Positions 1 through 7,837 of a DNA stretch of 24,464 bases are shown here, in pieces. The notes beneath the pieces are model-generated. The model was not told the DNA's origin and ran no database searches. It saw only the letters and a program-made list of their open reading frames with translations. The translations under genes were made by a program, and so were the position numbers. The first letter of the stretch is position 1; every line of letters starts with the position of its first letter. The DNA is from Deltaproteobacteria bacterium (lineage in GTDB: Bacteria; Myxococcota; UBA727; VGSZ01): positions 1-24,464 of the forward strand of contig JAYTVG010000281.1 in NCBI GenBank assembly GCA_043744135.1, written 5' to 3'.

Positions 1-723
1 TACGTGGGCGCCGGCACCATCGAGATGTTGGTCGATGCGCACAAGAATTTTTACTTCATGGAGATGAACACGCGGCTGCAGGTCGAACATCCCGTCACCG
101 AGATGATCACCGGGTTTGATCTTGTGGAGGCACAGATCTGCGTGGCGCGGGGTGAGAAGCTGCCTTGGGGTGAAGCGCCAGAGCATCCACGGGGTTGGGC
201 GATGGAAGCGCGTGTGTGCGCTGAGGACGCGGCCGCCAACTTCGTGCCCGTCCCTGGCCGCATCAACCACATGCGTGCCCCCGGGGGGCCAAACGTGCGC
301 ACCGACACCGGTATCTACCCGGGCTTTTCCATCACCACCGACTACGACCCGATGATCGCCAAGGTGATCGCGTGGGGCAAAGACCGCAACGTCGCGCGCA
401 AACGTTTGGATCGCGCGCTGTCGGAGTTCACGCTCAAGGGCACCACCACCAACACGATGTTTTTGCGACAGCTGCTCGACTTCGAGGAGTTCGCGTCGGG
501 CACTTACGACACCGGCGTGATCGAACGCTTCCAAAAATCCTCCAGCGGCTGGGTCACGGAGGAACACAAGATCGTGGCGATGTTGGCGGCGGCGTTTTTT
601 AAATACGAAGAAGAGCAAGACGCGCACTCACGCGTGATCGCGGGTCGCGGCACCGGCCGCACCGGCAAATACGTCAACCCATGGAAGCGGGGCCTGCCGC
701 CACGCACCGTGAACCGTTGGTAA
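1..723 (+). CDS. accC: Biotin carboxylase subunit of an acetyl/propionyl/acyl-CoA carboxylase, C-terminal part (5' truncated by window edge)
   Basis: Frame open from base 1. Contains hallmark FMEMNTRLQVEHPVTE, EARVCAED and YDPMIAKVIAWG motifs. No fused biotinyl domain. Substrate specificity cannot be determined. Confidence 0.93.
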   Translation, partial: YVGAGTIEMLVDAHKNFYFMEMNTRLQVEHPVTEMITGFDLVEAQICVARGEKLPWGEAPEHPRGWAMEARVCAEDAAANFVPVPGRINHMRAPGGPNVRTDTGIYPGFSITTDYDPMIAKVIAWGKDRNVARKRLDRALSEFTLKGTTTNTMFLRQLLDFEEFASGTYDTGVIERFQKSSSGWVTEEHKIVAMLAAAFFKYEEEQDAHSRVIAGRGTGRTGKYVNPWKRGLPPRTVNRW

Positions 724-725
724 CG

Positions 726-1187
726 ATGCGCGCGTTTGCAACAGTGGCCGTGCTGATGACGCTGCTGGTGCACGCCGGCTGCTACAAACACGTCATCACG
801 GTGGGCACCGGTGGCGATACGCTCAAGCCGACACCCGATGCGGAGTCGTCGACGTATTTTTTCATTGATGGTGCCATTGGTCAAAGCAGCGTGAAGCTCG
901 CGACGGTTTGTAAAGACACGCCAAACGCCACGGTGGTGGTCGAGCGGACGCTGCTTGACGGCTTCATCGGCACCTGTTTGTGCGCGCAGTGGATGATGCC
1001 ATCAACGACCAAGGTGTATTGCGGCGCGAAACGGTCCGAGGCGCGCGCACCGCAGGTGGTGGTGCCGGCACCGGTGACCCCGCCGACGACACCCGTGACG
1101 ATACTGCCGGCGCCCGCCACCGCTGTGGTCCCCCCGGCAACTGCGCCGGCAACTGCGCCGGCAGCTGTGGCTCCGCCGTCGTTTTGA
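726..1187 (+). CDS. Bor/Iss-like lipoprotein with Pro/Ala/Thr-rich C-terminal tail
   Basis: ATG at 726, 2 nt after the accC stop. Signal peptide ending VHAG-C. Mature part (FFIDGAIGQSSVKLATVC...RTLLDGFIG...PSTTKVYC) follows the recalled lambda Bor pattern (FFxxGxGQ...C...TxxxGxxG...PxxxxVYC). Confidence 0.7.
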   Translation: MRAFATVAVLMTLLVHAGCYKHVITVGTGGDTLKPTPDAESSTYFFIDGAIGQSSVKLATVCKDTPNATVVVERTLLDGFIGTCLCAQWMMPSTTKVYCGAKRSEARAPQVVVPAPVTPPTTPVTILPAPATAVVPPATAPATAPAAVAPPSF

Positions 1188-1244
1188 TAGTTGTTGCCCA
1201 CTCGCTTAAAAACGCGCTCGATTCGCTTGTTGAAGGGTTCACGC

Positions 1245-1793
1245 ATGGCACATTCGAAGATGAAATTTGTGGCAACCATGGACGGCAAGCAGCACGTCAT
1301 CGAGTGCCAGCGTGACGACGCCAACACCGATAAATTCCACATGACGCTCGACGGCCGCGTCTTTGAGCTCGACGCACGGCGCATGCCGTCGCAGATCGCC
1401 AGTTTGTTGATGGATCACAAAAGTTACGATGTCGATCTCGAGCGCATCGCGAAAAAGAGCGACACCCTCGACGGACGCATTCACGTGCGCGTGCGCGGTC
1501 GCGTGCTGCGCTTTGAGATCTTAGACGAGCGCCGCTTAAAGATGAAAGAGGCGCAGGGTTTCCGCTTTGACGTCGGCGGCGTGGTGTCGATCGACTCGCC
1601 GATGCCCGGCAAGGTGATAAAAATTCTCGCGAAGCCCGGTGAGCAAGTCAAAGAGGGCCAGGGCATCATCGTCGTTGAGGCGATGAAGATGGAAAACGAA
1701 CTGAAAAGTCCCAAAGCAGGCACCGTCAAAGAGATCCGCGTCAAAGAGGGCGAGGCCGTGGAGTCGGGTGCCAAACTCGCGCTCATCGAATAG
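1245..1793 (+). CDS. accB: Biotin carboxyl carrier protein (N-terminal BT-like domain plus biotinyl domain)
   Basis: SPMPGKV and VEAMKMENE biotinylation motif. ATG at 1245 chosen (AAGG upstream); 1260 is an alternative start. Confidence 0.92.
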   Translation: MAHSKMKFVATMDGKQHVIECQRDDANTDKFHMTLDGRVFELDARRMPSQIASLLMDHKSYDVDLERIAKKSDTLDGRIHVRVRGRVLRFEILDERRLKMKEAQGFRFDVGGVVSIDSPMPGKVIKILAKPGEQVKEGQGIIVVEAMKMENELKSPKAGTVKEIRVKEGEAVESGAKLALIE

Positions 1794-2694
1794 CGTCAGC
1801 CGCGCGCTCGCCGCGTTGGCGCTTGCAACGTCGCTGCTGGCGCCCACAGCGCTCGCTGACCCACTCACGTCAGGCTGCGCCGACGTCGTGTCGCAGGTGT
1901 TCGCGCAAGCGTGCGTGATGATGTTGCAAGGCATTTGCGACTCCGCCAACGACTGGGATGACGACGGCGATCATGTCGACGCGAGTGACGATGCGCCACA
2001 TCGCGCCGAACCACCGCCACCGGCGTGGCAGCCACCGCCAGGCGCTATTTTGTGCGACGTCACCGTGGACGAGGACGGCGCGCTAAAGCGCGTCAGCTGC
2101 GCAGACGGCCTGCGCGCCACCTTCGTCAACAGCAACCAAGCAGGCGTCATGCGCATCGACAGCGACACACAAGCTGGCGATGCCTGCGCGGGCCGCGTGC
2201 GGGTGCAAGGGCGCGACGACAACAACAACGGCGCGCTCGACATCGGCGAGATCACCGGGCGCACCATCGACTGCGCACACGATCGCGAAGTGTTCGCGCC
2301 CACGCTGCAAGGGGACCTCGCCATCACCACCGACGACGACGTCATGCGACTGGCGGGCCACCGGGCCATCACTGGCGGGCTACTCATCGTCAGCGACACG
2401 CTCGTGTCGTTAGACGCGCCGGCGCTGCGCTTTGTCGGCGGCGGTGTGCGCATCGCGCGCTCGCCGCAACTTCAGTCGTTCACCCTTCCCGCGCTGGTCA
2501 CGGTGGTGGGCGACCTCAGTGTCATCAGCCTGCCGCGGTTGACCCAGCTGCGACTGCCGAGTTTAGCCACCACCACGGGTGTCGTCGTCACCGACAACCC
2601 CGCGTTGCCGCAGCGCGAAGTGGAAGGCGTCGTGCTCGATCTCACGCACCGTGGCTTTCGCGGCCCGGTGTTGTCGGGAGGCAATGCCCCGTGA
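1768..2694 (+). CDS. Secreted/surface protein with a DxNxNGxLD (DUF7151-like) module and a receptor-L-domain/LRR-like beta-solenoid
   Basis: GGAG just before GTG 1768. Ala/Leu signal peptide (...LLAPTALA|DP). Motif GRDDNNNGALDIGEI...C. C-terminal repeats such as LPALVTVVGDLSV and LPSLATTTGVVVTDNPAL. Confidence 0.6.
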   Translation: MPNSRSSNSVSRALAALALATSLLAPTALADPLTSGCADVVSQVFAQACVMMLQGICDSANDWDDDGDHVDASDDAPHRAEPPPPAWQPPPGAILCDVTVDEDGALKRVSCADGLRATFVNSNQAGVMRIDSDTQAGDACAGRVRVQGRDDNNNGALDIGEITGRTIDCAHDREVFAPTLQGDLAITTDDDVMRLAGHRAITGGLLIVSDTLVSLDAPALRFVGGGVRIARSPQLQSFTLPALVTVVGDLSVISLPRLTQLRLPSLATTTGVVVTDNPALPQREVEGVVLDLTHRGFRGPVLSGGNAP

Positions 2695-4049
2695 ACAGCG
2701 GTGCACCGACCACGTCACTGGGCGTGCTGTTGCGTGAGCTGCTGCGCTTAGCGTTGCCGCTCGCGTTCGTGCAGGTGGGCGCGTCGTCGTTGGGATTGAT
2801 CGACACCGCTGTGGTGGGGCGCGTGTCGTCGCAAGAGCTGGCGGCGGTAGGCCTCGGCGGTGCGCTGGTGTTCGTCTTTAGCATCTTTGGTATGGGCGTC
2901 GTGCTCGGCAGCGAAGCGCTGATTGCGCAAGCCGTCGGTAAAGGCGACCTCGCACGCGCGCGGCATTGGCTGCACCACGCGGTTTTGCTGGCGGTGTTGT
3001 TGTCGCCGCTGCTGATGGTTGCAGTGGTGGCGATGGTGGCGCTGCTGCCACGCTTCGGCATCGACGCTGCGGTGGTGCCGATCGCACGGGTGCATATGCT
3101 GGCGCGCAGCGTCGGGATCTTGCCGTTTTTGGTGTACTGGGCGCTTAAGGCGTATCTGCAATCGCTCGGCAACACCCGCGCGCCGGTGGTGGGCGTCGTC
3201 ATCGCTGTCGTTGTGGAGCTCGTGCTCGATGTCGCGTTGGTGTTTGGCGTCAGCACGCTGCACATTCCGGCGCTGGGCGCGCTCGGCGCAGGCATCGCGC
3301 ACAGCGTCACCAACACCGCGCGCTGCGCCGTCGTCGCTGTCGCCATCATCCGCATGCGCCGCACCGATCGCGTGCCGATCGCGTTTGAGGTCGCGGCGCT
3401 GCGGCGCATCATGGCGCTGGGTGTACCGCTAGGACTACAGCTCGCGCTCGAGGTCGGCGTGTTTGCGCTCGCCTCCGTCGTCATCGGTCGTGTTGATGCC
3501 GTCAGCCTCGCCGCCCACCAAGTCGCCATCCAATGCGCCAGCACGACGTTTAACGCAGTGGTGGGCTTAGGAAGTGCCGCCGCCGTCGTGGTGGCGCGTC
3601 ACATCGGCGCTCGAAGTGCTGCGGCACTCCGTGCGGGGTTGCTCGCTTGCGTTTTGTCCATGGTGTTTATGGCCGTTGCCGGCGTGGCGTTTTTGTCGTG
3701 CGGCCACACCATCGCAGCGTGGGTTTCAAACGATGACGACGTGATTTCGCAAGCCGCGCAGCTGTTGATGATCGCGGCCGCGTTTCAACTCTGCGATGGC
3801 CTACAAGCCGTCGCGTCCGGCGCACTGCGCGGTGCGGGCGACACGCGCGCGACCTTCATCATCCATTTGATATCGCACTGGGGTGTGGGCATGCCGACGT
3901 TGATGGTGCTCAGTGCGCGTGGCTACGGCGCCACCGGCGTGTGGTGGGGATTGACCCTTGGCTTGACGGTGGCCGCGCTGTTGTTGGTGTGGCGCTTCGT
4001 GGTCGTCGCACGCCGAGGATTTGTGCCCATCGAAGCGTCGACGGTGTGA
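2691..4049 (+). CDS. MATE family efflux transporter (NorM-like)
   Basis: GTG at 2691 overlaps the upstream stop (GTGA). LALPL...DTAVVGRVSSQELAAVGLG, LGVPLGLQLALEVGVF, FQLCDGLQAVASGALRGAGDT; about 12 hydrophobic segments. Confidence 0.93.
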   Translation: MNSGAPTTSLGVLLRELLRLALPLAFVQVGASSLGLIDTAVVGRVSSQELAAVGLGGALVFVFSIFGMGVVLGSEALIAQAVGKGDLARARHWLHHAVLLAVLLSPLLMVAVVAMVALLPRFGIDAAVVPIARVHMLARSVGILPFLVYWALKAYLQSLGNTRAPVVGVVIAVVVELVLDVALVFGVSTLHIPALGALGAGIAHSVTNTARCAVVAVAIIRMRRTDRVPIAFEVAALRRIMALGVPLGLQLALEVGVFALASVVIGRVDAVSLAAHQVAIQCASTTFNAVVGLGSAAAVVVARHIGARSAAALRAGLLACVLSMVFMAVAGVAFLSCGHTIAAWVSNDDDVISQAAQLLMIAAAFQLCDGLQAVASGALRGAGDTRATFIIHLISHWGVGMPTLMVLSARGYGATGVWWGLTLGLTVAALLLVWRFVVVARRGFVPIEASTV

Positions 4050-4116
4050 GGGCGGCTTGCGTGTGCACTACCCGACGAGTGAGCGCGTATTGCCCACAAC
4101 GACGTCAGCGTGGACG

Positions 4117-5442
4117 TTATTTGAGCTTGTCTCGCAAGCGGTCCAAGACGGATGCCGGTTTGGTGGGCGCACGGTAGTTGTCGAGCGCATGCCCGTCGGC
4201 GATCAGCGCATCGACGCGCTTCCCCTCTGACATCTTAAACACCTTGCCCAAATTCGAACGGTACACGAGGTTTTTGGGCTCGAGCTCGACCGCACGCATC
4301 AGCGCGTTTGACGCTGAGCTGTAGTCGGCCAAGCGCGTCGCCATGATGACGCCGATGCGGTTGTGCAATTCCGCTGCAGCGGGGTTGATTGCGATGGCCT
4401 CGCGCATCAAATGGATGGCCTGCGCATACTCGCCGCGATCTTCCGCTTCCACAGCTTGCATGAACAGTTTGTGGTCTGCCGTCTGCTGGACCGCGAATTT
4501 CTCCGCGTTGGCCCAGTCCGCGAGTAGCGCGCTTATCTCCGTCGAGTCCGGGTACGCGTCGCGCGCCTGTTTGGCGTACATATACGCGCGGGTTTTTTTG
4601 CCCGCGCGCAGATCGGCGAGCGCCAGTTCATACAAGCCGAGCGCCGCGCGCTTACGGCCGATGTCCGCCTCGTCGTCGACCACCATCGGCACGATCGATG
4701 GCGCGACGGCATCGCTTGGGCGCAACACCGAGATGGCGGAGCCGGGCAACAGCGCGACCGGCGCAGGTGCCGCGCGCACTGTGGGCGCTACCGGCGCTAC
4801 TGGCGCCGGTGCAGTCGGCGGTGGCGCTTCGTCTTGGGGCGTTGGCCCCTCGAACGCGGGTGGCTCAAGCGGCTCGCCCTCCTCACTGGCGCCCAAATCA
4901 TCGCCCAAATCGACCGCGGTGACGTTGCCCACGAGCTGCAGCACGCCGCGATCAACGATCATCGCCAGCGCGATTTTGGTATCGCTCATGCTCAAGTTGG
5001 CCCGTTTTCGGATGCGCGCGACCGGGCGCTCACCGTCGACAAATTGCACGACGTGCATTTCAAACGGCGACAGCTGCAGCCGCTGCAGGTCGGTGCCGGG
5101 CTTGATGCGCAGCACGGCGTTTGGCTCCAGCATGATTTGCGTGGAGCGGTCGACGTACACGGTGGTGGGCAGCACGATGCGACGGATCTCGCCGGTCTCC
5201 GCCGTCAAAAACGAGCCGGTCGCCTCTGACATGAAGCTGTCGATTCCCTCGGGGCGCTGGATCGACCCGACGATGTACGCTTCGCCACCAAACCCGCCGT
5301 CAGCCTTGTCGTCTTCCCCCACAGCGGTCGTTTGGTTCAAAAAATCATCACCCAAAAACGACACGTCGAGGATGAAATCGCACCCCGGACAGATGACCGC
5401 GTCGGGGGCGTTTTCAAGCCCGCATTTTGGACAGTGAACCAT
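4117..5442 (-). CDS. Zinc-ribbon / winged-helix-like / TPR multidomain protein
   Basis: Starts MVHCPKCG...CPGC (double CxxC). Central LSPFEMHVVQFVDGERPVARI...IVDRGVL segment, Pro/Ala linker, then C-terminal TPRs (AIAINPAAAELHNRIG, AVELEPKNLVYRSNLG). Confidence 0.75.
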   Translation of the reverse strand: MVHCPKCGLENAPDAVICPGCDFILDVSFLGDDFLNQTTAVGEDDKADGGFGGEAYIVGSIQRPEGIDSFMSEATGSFLTAETGEIRRIVLPTTVYVDRSTQIMLEPNAVLRIKPGTDLQRLQLSPFEMHVVQFVDGERPVARIRKRANLSMSDTKIALAMIVDRGVLQLVGNVTAVDLGDDLGASEEGEPLEPPAFEGPTPQDEAPPPTAPAPVAPVAPTVRAAPAPVALLPGSAISVLRPSDAVAPSIVPMVVDDEADIGRKRAALGLYELALADLRAGKKTRAYMYAKQARDAYPDSTEISALLADWANAEKFAVQQTADHKLFMQAVEAEDRGEYAQAIHLMREAIAINPAAAELHNRIGVIMATRLADYSSASNALMRAVELEPKNLVYRSNLGKVFKMSEGKRVDALIADGHALDNYRAPTKPASVLDRLRDKLK

Positions 5443-5553
5443 GGCGCAGCTTAGTGCTCCTGCGACAAATTCTGTAGCGCTGTCGTGCCGCTTGCGTGTG
5501 CGGAGTCCTATTGGCTGCCCGCGCATCGCCATGCCGCGTAGACTCAGGTTCAC

Positions 5554-6693
5554 ATGGACATCGCCGCGTTGGCACTATCAAGCGTGTCGTTGGTGTTTGC
5601 GGTCGGGTTTTGGGCGGTTGCGCGTCGAGAATTGCGCGCGCTCGTGCCGGTCGCAGCGCAGCAGCTCAAAAGCGCGCTGCACGTCGTCATCCCGGCGCGA
5701 AACGAACCGGATATCGCGGTGTGTTTGCGCGCGGTGCTGGCCGACCCCGCAGCGTCGTTGCGTGTCGTCGTCGTCGACGATCGCTCAAGCGACGACACGG
5801 CCGCGCGCGCACAGGCCGTGTGCGACCAGGACAGCCGTGCGCGCGTCGTGCGTTTAACAACCGAGCCCGCCGACGGTGTCTTCGGCAAGCCGCGCGCCCT
5901 GGACGCTGGCGTGCAGGCACTGGACGCTGATGCGCAGCTGTTGTGTTTTTTGGACGCTGACGTGGTGCTCGCGCCCGGTGCCCTCGGTGGCTTGGTGCAC
6001 GCCATGGCCGCGCAGGGCGCAGGTGCGGTGTCTGGCGTCGTGCGCTTGGTGACACGTGGGCTCGTCGAACAGCTGCTGGTACCGACCTTCGCTAGCGTGG
6101 TGATGTCGCGCATGATGCCAACCGCGGTGCACGATGCGACGCATGCCGCGGCGTTTTTAAATGGCCAGCTCATCGTGACCTCACGCGCGGCGCTCGAGGG
6201 CATCGGCGGCTGGCGCGCTATGTCGGGCACGGTGCTGGAAGATGTGGCGCTCGCGCGCAAGCTCAAAGCGCACGGCACGACGTTGCGGCTGTGTGACGTG
6301 CGCGCGCTTGCAGCGACCCGCATGTATACCTCGCTCGCCGACATCGTGGCGGGCTTCAAAAAAAACGCCGTCGCGCTGCTCGGGCCGTGGGCAGGCGTGA
6401 CGGGCGTGTCGGCGCTGGCGTTATCGCTAAACGCGTGGCTGGCAGCAGCGCTTGCCGTGCACGCGATGCGCGACGGCCGCATCACGCTGGCGGTGGTGAC
6501 GCTGGCGTCGGTCGCACTGACGTGTGCCTGCGGCGTGTCGGTGCGTCACCAAGCGCGCGTCGCACGCTGGCCTGCGCTGGTGTTGCCCGTGGCGTACGTC
6601 GTGGTGGCGTGGGTGTTGCTCAGCGCAAGCCTCGGCCACGCCCGCAAGCGTCCGCTGCTTTGGAAAGGCCGCAGCTACCCAAGGGGTCAGTAG
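5554..6693 (+). CDS. Glycosyltransferase family 2, membrane-anchored (CrtQ/HpnB-like lipid or carotenoid glycosyltransferase)
   Basis: VVIPARNE, VVVVDDRSSDDT, GKPRAL, CFLDADV, NGQ, EDVALAR, RMY motifs; N- and C-terminal TM helices; ends WKGRSY. Confidence 0.88.
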   Translation: MDIAALALSSVSLVFAVGFWAVARRELRALVPVAAQQLKSALHVVIPARNEPDIAVCLRAVLADPAASLRVVVVDDRSSDDTAARAQAVCDQDSRARVVRLTTEPADGVFGKPRALDAGVQALDADAQLLCFLDADVVLAPGALGGLVHAMAAQGAGAVSGVVRLVTRGLVEQLLVPTFASVVMSRMMPTAVHDATHAAAFLNGQLIVTSRAALEGIGGWRAMSGTVLEDVALARKLKAHGTTLRLCDVRALAATRMYTSLADIVAGFKKNAVALLGPWAGVTGVSALALSLNAWLAAALAVHAMRDGRITLAVVTLASVALTCACGVSVRHQARVARWPALVLPVAYVVVAWVLLSASLGHARKRPLLWKGRSYPRGQ

Positions 6694-6723
6694 GCGCTAA
6701 AATCGCCGGTGCTTTGCAGCCAT

Positions 6724-6754
6724 AAAAAAACGGGGACGCTGCGAAGCGCCCCCG
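6724..6754 (-). terminator. Rho-independent terminator of the SctF-like gene
   Basis: On the minus strand: ACGGGGGCGCTTCGCAGCGTCCCCG stem-loop followed by TTTTTTT, about 24 nt after the stop at 6778. Confidence 0.85.
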
Positions 6755-6777
6755 TCGTTGGCCGCTTGAATGTCGCG

Positions 6778-7332
6778 CTAGCGGACGTTTGAAATTGAGC
6801 TCTTGGCGGTATCGTGCTTGGTCTTCATAACGTTTGACACGGTGGTGAATGAGCGGTTTTCCATCTGCATCTTTTCCTGCAGCTGCAAGTATTGCAGGTT
6901 GAAGCTCGCCATCATCTCCTGCATGTCCTTGGTCTGATTCAGCATGTCTTGCTGGCTACTGCCCGAAGACTTGGTGCCCGTGTTGCTCGATAGACCGGGG
7001 CCACCCAGCGGAATCCCGTCAGCACCAGACGCGCCTGACGCGCCGCCTGCACCACCACCGCCGCCAACTCCGTAGCCGCCGCTGCTGCCGCCGCCGCCGC
7101 CGCCCAATGAACCTGCAGCGCCGGTGACCGCCGCCGACACCACTGCTGCGCCGGGAACAAACGGCGCCGCGACGCCAATGGCGGCGCCCGCGGTGCCCGC
7201 ACCAGCGGACACGCCGTTTCGGACCTGCGCGCCGAAATCGGTGCGCGGGGATTGGCGCACCGTGGTGCTACCGCTGTCGAGCTGGATCCCACCGCGGGTC
7301 GATCCGTTTCCATCAATGTTTGTGACTGCCAT
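6778..7332 (-). CDS. Putative T3SS needle-subunit (SctF/PrgI)-like protein, 184 aa, with hydrophobic hairpin and Gly-rich N-terminal extension
   Basis: GGAG RBS before ATG 7332. The last 34 aa (LQEKMQMENRSFTTVSNVMKTKHDTAKSSISNVR) align without gaps to the recalled PrgI C-terminal helix (YQSKLSEYNLYRNAQSNTVKVFKDIDAAIIQNFR), with 10 identities including the terminal I-x-N-x-R. Confidence 0.68.
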   Translation of the reverse strand: MAVTNIDGNGSTRGGIQLDSGSTTVRQSPRTDFGAQVRNGVSAGAGTAGAAIGVAAPFVPGAAVVSAAVTGAAGSLGGGGGGSSGGYGVGGGGGAGGASGASGADGIPLGGPGLSSNTGTKSSGSSQQDMLNQTKDMQEMMASFNLQYLQLQEKMQMENRSFTTVSNVMKTKHDTAKSSISNVR

Positions 7333-7444
7333 GGCGAACTCCGTTTCGTTGTGGCGCATGCTGCGTGGCAGGCGCCGAATTTGCTAAAAAGTTCGAGTGT
7401 TAAAAATCCCGGTAGGGGCGCTCAACAGCTCTTTTCAAGTTCGA

Positions 7445-7473
7445 TTATCGCTGGACGGTAGCGGGCGTTGCGC
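7445..7473 (-). promoter_or_regulatory. Bipartite promoter-like motif GCGCAACGC-N13-GCGATAA upstream of the SctF-like gene
   Basis: Plus strand reads TTATCGC (7445-7451), a 13-nt spacer, then GCGTTGCGC (7465-7473). Identical boxes and spacing occur at 18672-18700. Confidence 0.7.
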
Positions 7474-7498
7474 TTGCGGCGTGCGGGATCGCGTCAGA

Positions 7499-7837
7499 TC
7501 AGCCGGTTGACCCAGCGCCCATGCCGGCTTTGGTCGCCAAAAGGTGCGACACCAGCGCCTGCGTCTTGTCGTAGGCTTTGAGCGCGCGTTGTGCAGCCGC
7601 TTTGTCTTTCGGGGATTTGGCGGATTTGGCCAACTGCGCGAGCTGGCTCGAGCGGGCCTTAAGTCCCGCTAACGCCGCTTCGCCGTTTTGCTCGACGACG
7701 GCTTCGATGGCCGGAAACCCTGCCGAGGCCGCAGGTGCAGCAGGGGCGGCCACTTTCGGCCGGCCATCGACGGTCTTTTTGACCGCGTCTTGGATCTTAA
7801 ACGCCTTCATGGCGTCGTTGCGTTTGCCGTCAGGCAT
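7499..7837 (-). CDS. Small basic helical protein, possible YscE/PscE-like needle chaperone
   Basis: GGAG RBS before ATG 7837; overlaps the upstream stop by 8 nt. C-terminal QRALKAYDKTQALVSHL resembles the recalled YscE segment QRESKALESAIAIIHYV. Lies directly upstream of the SctF-like gene. Confidence 0.5.
   Translation of the reverse strand: MPDGKRNDAMKAFKIQDAVKKTVDGRPKVAAPAAPAASAGFPAIEAVVEQNGEAALAGLKARSSQLAQLAKSAKSPKDKAAAQRALKAYDKTQALVSHLLATKAGMGAGSTG

Noticed and set aside
2025-2690. N-terminal extension of the 674-aa ORF
   Set aside because: Out-of-frame overlap with the surface-protein gene; MATE homology starts at GTG 2691.
4343-5437. 364-aa plus-strand ORF and the many other long overlapping ORFs
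   Set aside because: Antisense or frame shadows typical of high-GC DNA; the opposite frame carries recognisable domains.
6421-6449. Additional TTATCGC (GCGATAA on minus) occurrence
   Set aside because: It lies inside the GT2 coding region and lacks the GCGCAACGC box at 13 nt spacing.
7369-7385. Sigma54-like site CAGGCGCCGAATTTGCT on the plus strand
   Set aside because: It points away from the needle-like gene and antisense to the neighbouring minus-strand genes, so it has no plausible target.
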